From the IMG/VR virus record IMGVR_UViG_3300009702_000016, positions 32,001 through 96,000 of that record: a stretch of 64,000 bases of DNA. The stretch is one strand, 5' to 3'. The stretch is from a virus. Positions 26,220-36,125 of this stretch are shown in pieces. Within the stretch, counting starts at the first letter, position 1. The number at the start of each line of letters is the position of its first letter. The notes beneath the pieces were generated by a model, which worked only from the letters and a program-made list of their open reading frames with translations, was not told the DNA's origin and ran no database searches. A program made the translations under genes and the position numbers.

Positions 26220-26411
26220 CTACTCCTTTTGTGTCCTAATTTTTGCAGTGGGTGGTGGCCATTCTACATGTGTTTCATCAATGTAGGACCGATCTTCTAG
26301 AGACATCGCTTGCCATAGTAAGTCCATTTCCGTTAGTATCTTGTCCTCAGCAGCTCTGTTGCTCTTAAGCTTTTCTAGAAGCTGGGCGTATCTTTTCGCT
26401 AACTTTGACAC
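26220..26411 (-). CDS. Small hypothetical protein (63 aa)
   Basis: GTG start overlapping the upstream TAG; fills the gap exactly. Confidence 0.6.
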   Translation of the reverse strand: MSKLAKRYAQLLEKLKSNRAAEDKILTEMDLLWQAMSLEDRSYIDETHVEWPPPTAKIRTQKE

Positions 26412-27541
26412 TATACTTCACGTTTTGGTGTACTTACATCCGTTTGTCCTGGAGTAGTTACATGTGGGCCGTCTGGGGTTGATGTTTCTGCTCTATCCCC
26501 AGGTAGTCTGAGGTGGTTCGCGTTGCTCTTTTGTACGAACAGCTCGTTTTCTTTGTCTGTCTGTATGCTCTTAATATAATCAGGTAGAATCTTGTCAGTT
26601 ACCTTCCCAAGAGGAACAATCGAGTATCGATCATACGATTGAACGATTCGAGCTGTTACGTCCCACGACGTTAGGATTCCGCTGGGCTTGTTATCTTGCG
26701 CAGTGATAATTTTCCATCGAGTGCCGTCTAGTGTGTTGTACAGCCAGTCGTCCGTAGTGAGGTTTTTCAGGGTATTGTCCAACCAAAACCTCTGGCTACT
26801 GAAGCTCTCGTAGATTCCAAGTTCCTCTAGCGTGAGGCTTTCTTCTACTCTTGGTATGTTGACACGAAGTGCTGTTTCTGGAATTAGTCTATACGCGATT
26901 CTTATCGTAACCACCTTAGGAAGTGCTGCGTGAGGGGACACACGCTTCATCACTATTTTAAGCTGAACCTTTTGCTGTCCAAGACGAACCCCTAGTGACT
27001 CTTCTGTGAGTACCGAGTAGTCAGTTTCTGATGGGGATTTAATGTAGTAATAGACGTTTGTTCCCTCTGGCGCATAGTCTTTTATGCTCAGCGTGTCTAG
27101 TATTCCTACATTACTTTGAATTGGAACCTCAAAGTCTAGCGTACCATACACTGCGGACTTAATCAGTGACCAGAAGGTAGGTCTAGTCGGTTGGTTATAG
27201 TCTGGCGTAGTGTTTGCGCAGGACACGTTAGGGTAGGTTACATCGAAGACTACCGTTTTCGTTCCTCTCTTGTTGAACCCCCCAACGACTCCTGTGCCAA
27301 AGCATACGGGACAGATTCCTGCGGGCTCTGTCTCTACCTCAAAGCACGAGCATCTTCTTCCTGTCTTGAGTCTTTGGAAGTACTCAAAGTACACAGGGTT
27401 TACATTGGACGCATTTTGGCTTAGACGAGCGATTATGGGAACAAGGTCTTCCCTCGCCTGCCTTTGGGGCAAGTCACCGAGAATGTCGGTATTCGACGTC
27501 ACTCTGTCATCGTCCATAGGACGGTATCCCTGCGCACCCAC
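26411..27541 (-). CDS. Putative head-completion / neck protein with Zn-binding motif
   Basis: GRRCSC...CPVCFGTGVVGGF and DDWLYNTLDGTRWKI are typical of large-myovirus head-tail joining proteins; GAGGA RBS before the GTG. Confidence 0.55.
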   Translation of the reverse strand: MGAQGYRPMDDDRVTSNTDILGDLPQRQAREDLVPIIARLSQNASNVNPVYFEYFQRLKTGRRCSCFEVETEPAGICPVCFGTGVVGGFNKRGTKTVVFDVTYPNVSCANTTPDYNQPTRPTFWSLIKSAVYGTLDFEVPIQSNVGILDTLSIKDYAPEGTNVYYYIKSPSETDYSVLTEESLGVRLGQQKVQLKIVMKRVSPHAALPKVVTIRIAYRLIPETALRVNIPRVEESLTLEELGIYESFSSQRFWLDNTLKNLTTDDWLYNTLDGTRWKIITAQDNKPSGILTSWDVTARIVQSYDRYSIVPLGKVTDKILPDYIKSIQTDKENELFVQKSNANHLRLPGDRAETSTPDGPHVTTPGQTDVSTPKREV

Positions 27542-27582
27542 GGCATTTCCTCGGTCTAGATTAGCCCTGCTTTTTCTGTACG

Positions 27583-27611
27583 TTATCTACAGTTCGTACC
27601 TTCAATATAAT
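27583..27611 (+). promoter_or_regulatory. Candidate promoter in the divergent gap (TTATCT; TATAAT 17 bp downstream)
   Basis: TTATCTAC at 27583, TATAAT at 27606-27611 and CTATCT at 27622. Confidence 0.45.
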
Positions 27612-27630
27612 GTAGGGAAGTCTATCTACT

Positions 27631-28767
27631 ATGGCCATTTCTCCCCAAAGGGCGGTTCGAGGAACTCCTACGGTGTTCGAGCAGTTATTTGCTGACACGG
27701 ATGGTACTCCTCTTTCTCCCATTGACCCTAGTGCCTATCCTTAGGTGTCTATCGTCTCGCCATCTGAGGAAGTAATACAGTCCGGCGTGGCTGTGTCAGC
27801 TGGTGACGGTCGTTGGAGATTCACCTGGTTTGTTCCTGCTGACGCAGAGATGCTAGGCCCAGACAATCCTTGGAGGATTGACTGGCTAATGGCCACTGCG
27901 GGCGGAAGACAAATTGAGCTTCAGACTAACTTCTTCCTGATTGACAACATTGAGGCCACTCCTGACGAGCGTGCCTATACCAATCTAACTTACAAGGGAA
28001 ACTCAGAGCGTGCTCTGATAAAGTTCAAGAACGCACAGGAGTCTGTTAGCGTCACTTTAATGGACCAATCAGGAGCGGAAACGGACCTATCTTCTACCCT
28101 CCAGACGATACAGAGTGACGGCTTCTATAACTATTTCGTTGATACTCCTGTTTTAGACACATCAGGTTGCTATATCGTTGTGTGGAACACTAGACAGACT
28201 TCTGTTTCCCCTAACTCTACGATGGTCCAGCAGATCCGTGTTCCAGAGATGAACTTTTGGTTTGTTCAGCCAAGCTTGCGCATGCTTTTGGACAAGATTC
28301 AGAAGAAGATAGGACATGTCCAGTCGTATTCGGATGCTGACCTTTACGAGTATATCCTTCGAGGAACTGAGTACATCAATGCTGTGAACCCTATCACAGG
28401 ATGGACGTTCACTAATTGGCCGTCCAGCTACGGCATGGGGAACTTTCTCCTAATGGCCTCTGCCTGGTGGGGATTAAACGCTCAATACCTGTCAGAGGCC
28501 GAGGCTTCGTTCAATTTCAGCGGCCAGACGGTCACGCTTCAGGTAGATAGAACTGCGCATTATGAGGCAGCAATGAACCGCCTGCAAACGTACCTGGATA
28601 AGGAACTTCAGCACACAAAGAGAAACATGCTCCGCAGAGTGAGCGTGGGCGCTATTTCTACTCGTCCCTATGACTTCGGACTTCAGAGCCTTGTAACAAA
28701 GGTTCAGACTGTAAACGGTGGACAGAATCAGGTTCTTCCTCTATTTAGCAGATTAGGGTTGGTTTGA
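27631..28767 (+). CDS. Putative neck/adaptor protein; frame from ATG 27631 is interrupted by TAG at 27742-27744 (track start 27745)
   Basis: Ig-like N-terminal region (GDGRWRFTWFVP) plus adaptor-like YSDADLYEYI...INAVNP...FNFSGQTVTLQVDRT. The 37 upstream in-frame codons are protein-like and have an RBS. Confidence 0.6.
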
Positions 28768-28768
28768 T

Positions 28769-29197
28769 ATGGCTTCTGAGAAAGAACCAAAGGCTTGGTA
28801 CGTTAAGGTAGGCGGCATTGCTGGCTCTGTAATGGCCGTTGGTGGCTTAGTGTGGGCGGTTGTTGGGGCCATCATGTGGGCTGGCGCATTTGCCGCCAAC
28901 GTTAGATCGTTGACCTCTGACGTACGCGCCATGAAGACAAGCATATCAGACCTAAATAGTTCTGTGATACAGAAAATGGAGGCGTCCAAGGACCGAGATG
29001 AGCAGAGGTTCAGGGATATGGAGGCTACCGAAGCTGGTCTTGCCCTAGCAGTGGAGAGGGTACGAACTGAGGTTCGTGTTCGTCACTCCCTGCCTTCTTC
29101 TCCCCTGGAACGAAGGTCTGCTGTGGCAGATGCAGAGTCTAGAACGAATGATGCAGTTACTAGGGCTATGGTACAGGTAGATCCCCAAGTCCCATGA
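28769..29197 (+). CDS. Membrane protein, putative holin/spanin-like
   Basis: N-terminal hydrophobic segment followed by coiled coil; upstream of the lysozyme-like gene. Confidence 0.45.
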   Translation: MASEKEPKAWYVKVGGIAGSVMAVGGLVWAVVGAIMWAGAFAANVRSLTSDVRAMKTSISDLNSSVIQKMEASKDRDEQRFRDMEATEAGLALAVERVRTEVRVRHSLPSSPLERRSAVADAESRTNDAVTRAMVQVDPQVP

Positions 29198-29391
29198 GAC
29201 TAAAAGTAACAATAGGAAAGTATGACCTAGATATGAGTGGGTCGAGAGAGGACCTAATTCTTTCCGTAAAAAGACTCATTCCACTCCTTAGTGAGGGTAT
29301 AGAGATTTCTGATGAGTCAGGTTCTTCTATTGAGGATGCTAAGGTAAAACTTCTAAGCCCACAACAGTGGAGCGTAATAAGAAACGAATAG
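29194..29391 (+). CDS. Small hypothetical protein (65 aa)
   Basis: ATGA overlap with the upstream gene. Confidence 0.6.
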   Translation: MRLKVTIGKYDLDMSGSREDLILSVKRLIPLLSEGIEISDESGSSIEDAKVKLLSPQQWSVIRNE

Positions 29392-29430
29392 CCTAACTCT
29401 TACTTTGTCTTCCTCAGCGTCTTAGTCATC

Positions 29431-29478
29431 TTATCTACTCGGTTATCTAACGTTATCATCGTGGTTACACACTAATCT
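29431..29478 (+). promoter_or_regulatory. Cluster of TTATCT-like elements
   Basis: TTATCT at 29431 and 29443, TTATCA at 29453 and TAATCT at 29473. Confidence 0.45.
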
Positions 29479-29489
29479 TGGAGAAGACA

Positions 29490-29861
29490 ATGCCCACACT
29501 TTCAGTTACAAACCTAACCTCCTCTAGACTGCCAGTCGGTAAGTTTGTTGGAATCCTTTCCCCGAACGAACTCAAGACTATCGATCTCACATCGAATGAG
29601 ATCGAAATGTCCAAGGATCAGCTTGTTGGCTTAGCGGCAGCAGGCCACATTTCCTGGGACGTAACTAGCACAGCTTCAGAGGCCGACAACAAGGCTGAGG
29701 CTGTTATGGGAGGCGCTATTCTACTGAGCGGCTCAGGCACACCTGAAGCAGCTGTAGTTGCTCCTGTTGGGGCTGCTTATTTGCGCACGGATGGCGGCTC
29801 GGGAACAACTCTTTATGTAAAGGAGTCAGGAACTTCGGATACGGGCTGGGTCGCAAAGTAA
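29490..29861 (+). CDS. Virion structural protein with tailspike/fibre-type C-terminal motif
   Basis: GSGTPEAAVVAPVGAAYLRTDGGSGTTLYVKESGTSDTGWVAK; ATG 29490 with GGAG RBS. Confidence 0.65.
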   Translation: MPTLSVTNLTSSRLPVGKFVGILSPNELKTIDLTSNEIEMSKDQLVGLAAAGHISWDVTSTASEADNKAEAVMGGAILLSGSGTPEAAVVAPVGAAYLRTDGGSGTTLYVKESGTSDTGWVAK

Positions 29862-29901
29862 TACGATAAGGCTCTAACCCTAACTCTTATAGGACTGTTT
29901 A

Positions 29902-30318
<417 letters not shown>

Positions 30319-31293
30319 ATGCCTGTCCACGTTAGCCACATCTCATTTAAGTCTTACGCAGGGCCGAGAATACGAGGAGACGTACCCTTTGTGCTAGGCC
30401 CTACAGCTTCGCACTGGGACAGAGTATTATGGCTTACCGCTAAGGTCGAATCTGGTGGTACGTTTGGCTCTATCGTCATGTACGACGGGACTGCAGTAAC
30501 AGCTGGTTTGCACCAGGCTATTGCCGTATATCCGAAAGAGCTGTCCCACGAGGATTATCAGGCCAAGGATGACCAGGGAAGCTTTTGGTCCTTGCTTCGA
30601 AGGATAGAGCTTGTTCCTGACTTCCCAGAAGTGAAGAAGTTGTGGGATAAACTTGCTTCCTCAGGATTCTATTTGGGTCGTGATGGCGTTCTTCGCTACC
30701 TGAACGACGGTACCGTTAAGGTAGGATCAAGAAATGTGAACTATTCTGCGGGTGACCCCGTTTACGGCTCTCATATTAGAAACACATTCACTCCTATGAA
30801 TGGTTCTGTGCCAAAGAGAGGCGCACAGTGGGAGCAATCCAAGCAGTGGGCTCTTGCCTTTCACTCTGTGTTTTCTAATCCAAAGTCGTTTAAGGCGCAG
30901 TCTGAGTTTGGAATGGAGCATTTTGAGCATGTAGCGAGGACTCGTCACATAGGAGACGAGAAAATCGTAGATGCTCTCTACGGTGGTTCTTTGCGCTCTC
31001 CTGGATACGAGGGGGATGATTACGATCTGGCCTTAGCTGTATTCTGGTCACACAGCGTGAACGCTCCTGCTATTGCGTATAGGATACTCAAGAGGGCGTA
31101 CAGAGTTGCCCCTCCAGCGGAGGATTCTTCCAAATTCGCCAGAACTCTACTCCATATGCTTGGTAGAAGTAACTTTGGTCGATGGAATTTCAGTGAGAAG
31201 AACGGACGGTGGTCACGAACTAGAAGTTCCGCGAAGAAAGTGTGGGAAAGTGGCCTATTTTCTAGTTCTGGAATTATGCCTAAGGCACTGTAA
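30319..31293 (+). CDS. Putative endolysin (lysozyme-like fold)
   Basis: TAKVESGGTFGSIVMYDGTAVTAGLHQ resembles the catalytic E..G...YD...G..Q pattern of lysozyme-superfamily hydrolases. Confidence 0.55.
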   Translation: MPVHVSHISFKSYAGPRIRGDVPFVLGPTASHWDRVLWLTAKVESGGTFGSIVMYDGTAVTAGLHQAIAVYPKELSHEDYQAKDDQGSFWSLLRRIELVPDFPEVKKLWDKLASSGFYLGRDGVLRYLNDGTVKVGSRNVNYSAGDPVYGSHIRNTFTPMNGSVPKRGAQWEQSKQWALAFHSVFSNPKSFKAQSEFGMEHFEHVARTRHIGDEKIVDALYGGSLRSPGYEGDDYDLALAVFWSHSVNAPAIAYRILKRAYRVAPPAEDSSKFARTLLHMLGRSNFGRWNFSEKNGRWSRTRSSAKKVWESGLFSSSGIMPKAL

Positions 31294-31305
31294 AGGAGAA
31301 GTAAC

Positions 31306-31461
31306 ATGCCTACTCTACGATATGGAGATGTAGTAAACTCATCATTACCTGAGGAAGTTCCTCAGTCGCTAGATGATAGGATTAAGGAGCGTCGGGCTTC
31401 TATGGAAGAGGAATCTCAATCCTCGGACGAACAGACTGATTCTGAAACGCAACAAGACTAA
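31306..31461 (+). CDS. Small acidic protein (51 aa)
   Basis: Not in the track. AAGGAG RBS; MPTLRYGDVVNSSLPEE...TQQD* fills the gap. Confidence 0.65.
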   Translation: MPTLRYGDVVNSSLPEEVPQSLDDRIKERRASMEEESQSSDEQTDSETQQD

Positions 31462-31472
31462 GGTGAAGTAAC

Positions 31473-32189
31473 ATGAACGATAACTATGAGAGCGCATTTG
31501 TATACATTGATAGGATCCTTGACTCTAAGGAGCCCATTTATGTGCGAAACGTCTTCAGTAAGCGAGGAATTGTCGTTGTAACATTGAACGACGGAAACAG
31601 GACACATCGGGAGCCTATCCCCAACACTAAGTATCCTATTTGTCTTTCAAACAAGGCCACCCCTGATATGATCAGGAATTCAAAGTCTCTCAGGCAGCTC
31701 CTTGACAAGGGAGTTTTGGAGTTAGTTCCCCATAAGGTAGCGGAGAAGGAGCTTTCCAACCCGAATGTGAGGCAGGCTTTGGCTGACGCTTACGAAAGGA
31801 TTAGCCCTTCCTCCTCTGGTGTAAAGGCCAACCGAACTCCTACTAACCAAGATAATGAGGACTTTGACGCTCCTTCCGTCGATGACTCCGATGTAGAGCA
31901 TAACGCCTCTCTTTCTAACTCTGATGACGACGTGGGGTTTGAACGTGAGAATGACCCAGAGACAGAAGGTGTGGCCATTCGTGTGGTGACGCTAGTGGAG
32001 TCCTTGCTGAGTCGCGACATGAAGTCACGACAGGTTAAGAGCGAGCTGATGTCTATGGAACTATCTAGTGAGGATCTCTCCTACGTTATCGATAAAACCA
32101 CGGGAATCGTACAGAGGTACGCTAAGGAGCAACTGGCAAGTTCGTCCCTAGGTGCCGATGGCGGCGGATATGTGGAGAACATTTCGTAG
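31473..32189 (+). CDS. Hypothetical protein (238 aa)
   Basis: AAGGTG RBS; two domains joined by an acidic linker. Confidence 0.75.
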   Translation: MNDNYESAFVYIDRILDSKEPIYVRNVFSKRGIVVVTLNDGNRTHREPIPNTKYPICLSNKATPDMIRNSKSLRQLLDKGVLELVPHKVAEKELSNPNVRQALADAYERISPSSSGVKANRTPTNQDNEDFDAPSVDDSDVEHNASLSNSDDDVGFERENDPETEGVAIRVVTLVESLLSRDMKSRQVKSELMSMELSSEDLSYVIDKTTGIVQRYAKEQLASSSLGADGGGYVENIS

Positions 32190-32217
32190 AGTGCCATCCG
32201 CCTCTTAGCTTGAATTA

Positions 32218-32257
32218 GGGCAGCCCGAAATGATGGTGATATCATTTCGGGCTGTTC
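32218..32257 (+). terminator. Long perfect hairpin (terminator or processing site)
   Basis: CAGCCCGAAATGAT-GGTGAT-ATCATTTCGGGCTG: 14-bp perfect stem at 32221-32254; weak U tract. Confidence 0.6.
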
Positions 32258-32275
32258 GACTAAACGGAGAACGCT

Positions 32276-33172
32276 ATGTCTGGTCCTGGTCCTAGATCCG
32301 CTGCGGAGTCGCTGTCTGCGCCTACCCCTTCTGCCACAGCTGACGACCCTTCCTTTGACCCGGAAGCTGCTTCTCCGGGGGCTGAGGCTGCTGCTGTTCT
32401 TGGGGGCAGCTTCAGCGCCATCCGATCTATTGTTCAGAACGAGGATCGTCTTATTCAGGAGCTTCAGCTTCGTTCACACTCCGCTCCCAGCGCTGGTGGA
32501 AAACACACCGAAGATAGCCGTGGGCCTTATCGAAAAGGTACACCTATGGTCATCACTACCGAGGCGTTTGCTTCTCAGGGAAGGTATATCGTATTTTGGT
32601 CTGGTCCCTCTAACACCTCGTGGAAGTTTGAGCTTCGTGCTGCCACTGAGCAGACCAAGTCGGGAACGATTCTTCATTACTGGAGAGACAGGTCTAGGGC
32701 AGCATTTTTTGATGAGCCCTCTGTTACCTTTACCTTCCAGACTGGAAACATTATGCCCGTTAGGTTTCGTGACGTGGCAAACAAGTCGGAGTCCATTTTT
32801 CTTCCACCTGGTTTGCTGGACTACTATGATTTTTTTGACCTACTTAACCAGCCCAAGATCCTCCCTGATGGAAGGCCAAACTTCGTTTTTATAGCGTACC
32901 ACAGCCTTCTTTACCCGGAGATCCTACTTCGAGGGTTCTTCACTCCTTCTGGCCTTTCCATAACGGAGTCTGCAGAAAATCCGGCTGGTTTGTCGTGGTC
33001 ATCCACTTTTAAGGTTCGTTCAACGGAGCCTCCCTTCTGGAGTAGTGCTCAGTTGATAAGTTCTTGGAACTCCGCCTCGGGGGCCACTTCTTCCTCAGTT
33101 CAGGAAGCACAGGCTGTTGCTGACACCTCCGTTGCTGGGGGTCCGGTAACGGGTCAGGGACCTCAAGGATAG
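32276..33172 (+). CDS. Putative tail-tube initiator / baseplate hub-associated protein
   Basis: GPSNTSW...EQTKSGTILHYW...VTFTFQTGN...LRGFF...ITESAENP pattern resembles tube-initiator/hub proteins. Confidence 0.5.
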   Translation: MSGPGPRSAAESLSAPTPSATADDPSFDPEAASPGAEAAAVLGGSFSAIRSIVQNEDRLIQELQLRSHSAPSAGGKHTEDSRGPYRKGTPMVITTEAFASQGRYIVFWSGPSNTSWKFELRAATEQTKSGTILHYWRDRSRAAFFDEPSVTFTFQTGNIMPVRFRDVANKSESIFLPPGLLDYYDFFDLLNQPKILPDGRPNFVFIAYHSLLYPEILLRGFFTPSGLSITESAENPAGLSWSSTFKVRSTEPPFWSSAQLISSWNSASGATSSSVQEAQAVADTSVAGGPVTGQGPQG

Positions 33173-33188
33173 TCTGTAAAGGAATGTC

Positions 33189-33506
33189 ATGGAAGCAAAA
33201 AGTACAAAAGTCCCCCTAGTATACACCGTAGTAGAGGACTCTAAAGACCACCCAGACGCTGTCAACGTGTCTTACGTTGTCTCGGACATTGTCATTATGA
33301 CTGCTGAGATCCAGCGTGACATTGTGTGCGATCCTGATGGTTCACCTAATCTGATGACCTTGACGCAGTTGATGGTTACTCCTCACGAGCATCTTGTGTG
33401 TCTTGATGAGGTTCTGACTCTCGCTGCCTCAGGTTCCTTGTCAGGGGAACGCTGGGATGCTTTGTTGGCTAGGATATCAGCACTTCTAAGTCCCCCTACT
33501 GCCTAG
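33189..33506 (+). CDS. Hypothetical protein (105 aa)
   Basis: AAGGA RBS. Confidence 0.7.
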   Translation: MEAKSTKVPLVYTVVEDSKDHPDAVNVSYVVSDIVIMTAEIQRDIVCDPDGSPNLMTLTQLMVTPHEHLVCLDEVLTLAASGSLSGERWDALLARISALLSPPTA

Positions 33507-33509
33507 CCT

Positions 33510-34502
33510 ATGCGAAGTTTTGGGTCGTCATCTTATCAGGGACGCAGCCGTTATCCTCATCCAGTGGAGGCGGAGTCCTATATTATGGCCGAGCTAGCTC
33601 GTGGAGGCGTGGACTACAGGCAGAAACCTCATGATCTCAAGATAAACTGTCCCGTTCCTCATCCAAAAGGAGCAGATACTGGTTTTCATCTGGAGATACG
33701 TAAGGATGGAACGAGAGCGCACTGTTGGGTGTGCGATTGGTCTGGGTCATGGAATAAGTTGGCTCCCCTGCTTGGGCTATCCCCCTTTGGTACTCCATCA
33801 TACGAGGGAACATACACAAAGAACGTTGCATCTTCCAACGTTTTTGGTTCCCTATCTGAACAGCTCGGCTCTGTGTTTTCCGTATCCGATGGAAAAGGGG
33901 AGCTTCCTCACGAGATAGTCCCTTGGGACCGTGGAGAGTGGCGAGGGTTGTCCTCCTCCTTCTTATCTAGTGTATCATCCTACTACTGGAAGCATAGAAC
34001 AAAGGGTAGGCCTGGTTTTGTTCCGCGCATACTTTGGCCTTATACACAGCTGGGTAATCTGGTTGGGTACGTGGGTCGTAGGTTGGACAAGATTGATGAT
34101 GTAAAGTACTATCGTGCACCCTGGTGCCATGCGAGTAAGGCCTTTTTTCCTTTCGACTACGCTTCCTCTCTTGTAGGGAAGTCTAGCGACTATGTGGTTT
34201 TAGTGGAGGGAGAGGTTGACGCCTTGAACCTATGTCAGGAAGGAATACCTTCTTTATCAATTCTTGGGTCCACTAACTGGAGCACACAGAAGAGAGACTT
34301 ACTTCTTCACCTTGGTATTTCCTCTGTCTTTATTATGATGGATCCCGATGATGCCGGAAAGAAGGCCAAGAGGGTTCTCAAGAGATCACTTTCTCCTTTC
34401 TTTTCTTCTGTTCTCAGCATAAAGCTAGAAGAGGGAACAGATCCTGGAGACCTGTCTAAGGAACAACTAGAATGTCTTCGTCAAGACGTATTTCAGCTTT
34501 AG
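33510..34502 (+). CDS. dnaG: DNA primase (Zn-binding + TOPRIM)
   Basis: CPVPH...HCWVC zinc site, GYVGRRL, VVLVEGEVDA, MMDPDDAG and DPGDL. Confidence 0.9.
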   Translation: MRSFGSSSYQGRSRYPHPVEAESYIMAELARGGVDYRQKPHDLKINCPVPHPKGADTGFHLEIRKDGTRAHCWVCDWSGSWNKLAPLLGLSPFGTPSYEGTYTKNVASSNVFGSLSEQLGSVFSVSDGKGELPHEIVPWDRGEWRGLSSSFLSSVSSYYWKHRTKGRPGFVPRILWPYTQLGNLVGYVGRRLDKIDDVKYYRAPWCHASKAFFPFDYASSLVGKSSDYVVLVEGEVDALNLCQEGIPSLSILGSTNWSTQKRDLLLHLGISSVFIMMDPDDAGKKAKRVLKRSLSPFFSSVLSIKLEEGTDPGDLSKEQLECLRQDVFQL

Positions 34503-35284
34503 AAATAAGGGATCAGGTTAAGGCTGACCTTGTTCAAGCGTTCAAGGGAGAGATCTTATCAGACTACAAGTTTGAGTTTCGAGCAAGTAGTCTTCCCTTC
34601 TGTTCTAGGGCCTTTGTTCTTCACCATCGCTATAAGGATGAGACACCCTCAAAGCCTTTTGGGTATAACTTTGGTTTCTACGTAACCATAGGAACCGCCG
34701 TGCATGAGGTTCTTCAGACCTTTCTTGGTATGGCGGGTATGCTCTACGGGGACTGGGTGTGCTGTGGTGTCACCGAGTACGCTAGGATTGGCTCTAAAAC
34801 ATGCCCCGTATGTGGGAAGCCTCAGAAATACGAGGAGATAGCCCCTTCTTCAGTTTTAGGAATGCATGTTGATGGGATAAGCGTAAAGTACAACGCTGTT
34901 CTTGAGTACAAGACCACTGGGGCTTCTAACCTAGATTCCCTTAAGGCTCCGTACCCTAAGCATCTTGTTCAGGCTTCTTGTTACGTTCATGCTCTTAATG
35001 AGGAGAATGGGTGGGACCTGGATAAGATAGTTTTCATCTATCTGAGCCGGGACAAGCCCAGTGACTACAAGATATTTGTTGCTACTCCTGATCCAAACGT
35101 ATACGACGATTCAGTTAAGCAGTTGCACGCTGCTGAGGAGTCTCTTAGAAAAGGAGTTTTGCCCGAAAGAGAGTGTGCATCCTCGTCAGCCGGGGCATGG
35201 CGTAATTGTCCCTATACAGGGATATGCTTCAAGTCTCCCGAGGACTTTCTACTTCCAGTGGAGTCTTTATGCTTACCCCGCTAG
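34472..35284 (+). CDS. Cas4-like PD-(D/E)XK exonuclease
   Basis: RASSLPFCSR, IGTAVHE, HVDG...VLEYKT, QASCY and C-terminal C...CPY...C; Zn-ribbon insert (WVCCG...CPVCG). Confidence 0.8.
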   Translation: MSSSRRISALEIRDQVKADLVQAFKGEILSDYKFEFRASSLPFCSRAFVLHHRYKDETPSKPFGYNFGFYVTIGTAVHEVLQTFLGMAGMLYGDWVCCGVTEYARIGSKTCPVCGKPQKYEEIAPSSVLGMHVDGISVKYNAVLEYKTTGASNLDSLKAPYPKHLVQASCYVHALNEENGWDLDKIVFIYLSRDKPSDYKIFVATPDPNVYDDSVKQLHAAEESLRKGVLPERECASSSAGAWRNCPYTGICFKSPEDFLLPVESLCLPR

Positions 35285-35712
35285 ACTTAGTTTCTGAGAT
35301 GCAGTCCCTTCTGTCTTCGGCAGATGGTGATTTTTCATCATCTTTGGCCATACTAGACAAGCTAAAAGAGTCCCTAGAGGTACTAGGGTACAAGCGAACC
35401 GCACCGACTTCGGATTACACTTCGTCCAGGTCAGTTGCTTTGAACTCCATTGCCAAGTCTTTGCTCTCAGAGGTGTCATCCTCTAAGTCGTCTACCTATT
35501 CTGATAAGGCATACGTATTATCCTCTGTGGGTGACATGTATCTTCGTATTGCTCACGCATTTAAGGTCGACACCACGCTGTGGTCGTCTGCTCAGTCTTT
35601 TCTTGTTCCTTTGTTTTATGCGGCAATAGATGAGGAGTCAGTCGATAAAGCCCTGGTTGCCTTGGAGTCTCACATCGTGAAGTACATTGATGCCTTAGCG
35701 GTTTGGCTTTAA
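35269..35712 (+). CDS. Hypothetical helical protein
   Basis: ATG 35269 with GGAG RBS (MLTPLDLVSEMQ), within track ORF 35206..35712. Confidence 0.7.
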   Translation: MLTPLDLVSEMQSLLSSADGDFSSSLAILDKLKESLEVLGYKRTAPTSDYTSSRSVALNSIAKSLLSEVSSSKSSTYSDKAYVLSSVGDMYLRIAHAFKVDTTLWSSAQSFLVPLFYAAIDEESVDKALVALESHIVKYIDALAVWL

Positions 35713-35744
35713 GCATTTATTCTGACGTGCTTATTTTTATCATC

Positions 35745-36123
35745 ATGTACTCAATAAAACTAGACAACTACCGAACTGCTGCTGTAAAGTTTAGGGAGAA
35801 TCCATCCGTTAACTTTGCCGGTCTCTTAGATTGCTACCTAGCCCTAACTGAACCTCTTCCACATGTCAGTCCAGAAGAAAAAGAAGAAGAGTTATATTGC
35901 TACAGGTGCAGCTGCGCGGAGACTTCTTCAATGGGTGAGGGAGAGCGAGAACGTTCCTGAGGGTGACGAAGTTTTTTACGTTGCTCAGTGCTTGGCGTTT
36001 CTGATTCATGATACGTCCGCTGGCTCTCTTTCTAAAGCTTTGACCTTATCTAGAAATAGGTTTGCGATACGAAAGCTTAAGGCGGCCATCTCCCTGCTGA
36101 CTTCTGTTTTCATGCGGAGTTAG
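35745..36123 (+). CDS. Hypothetical protein split across two frames (35745..35960 and 35863..36123)
   Basis: Two ORFs overlap by 98 nt; the 5' part of the first and the body of the second look protein-like. Confidence 0.45.
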
Positions 36124-36125
36124 AG

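Noticed and set aside
21450-27670. tRNA genes suggested by GTTCGA motifs at ~21454, ~23580 and ~27655
   Set aside because: No T-stem, acceptor stem or cloverleaf can be built around any of them.
34472-35284. Cas4 as evidence of a CRISPR-Cas system
   Set aside because: Stand-alone Cas4-like nucleases are common in phage replication clusters; this one is coupled to primase with no cas1/cas2 or array.
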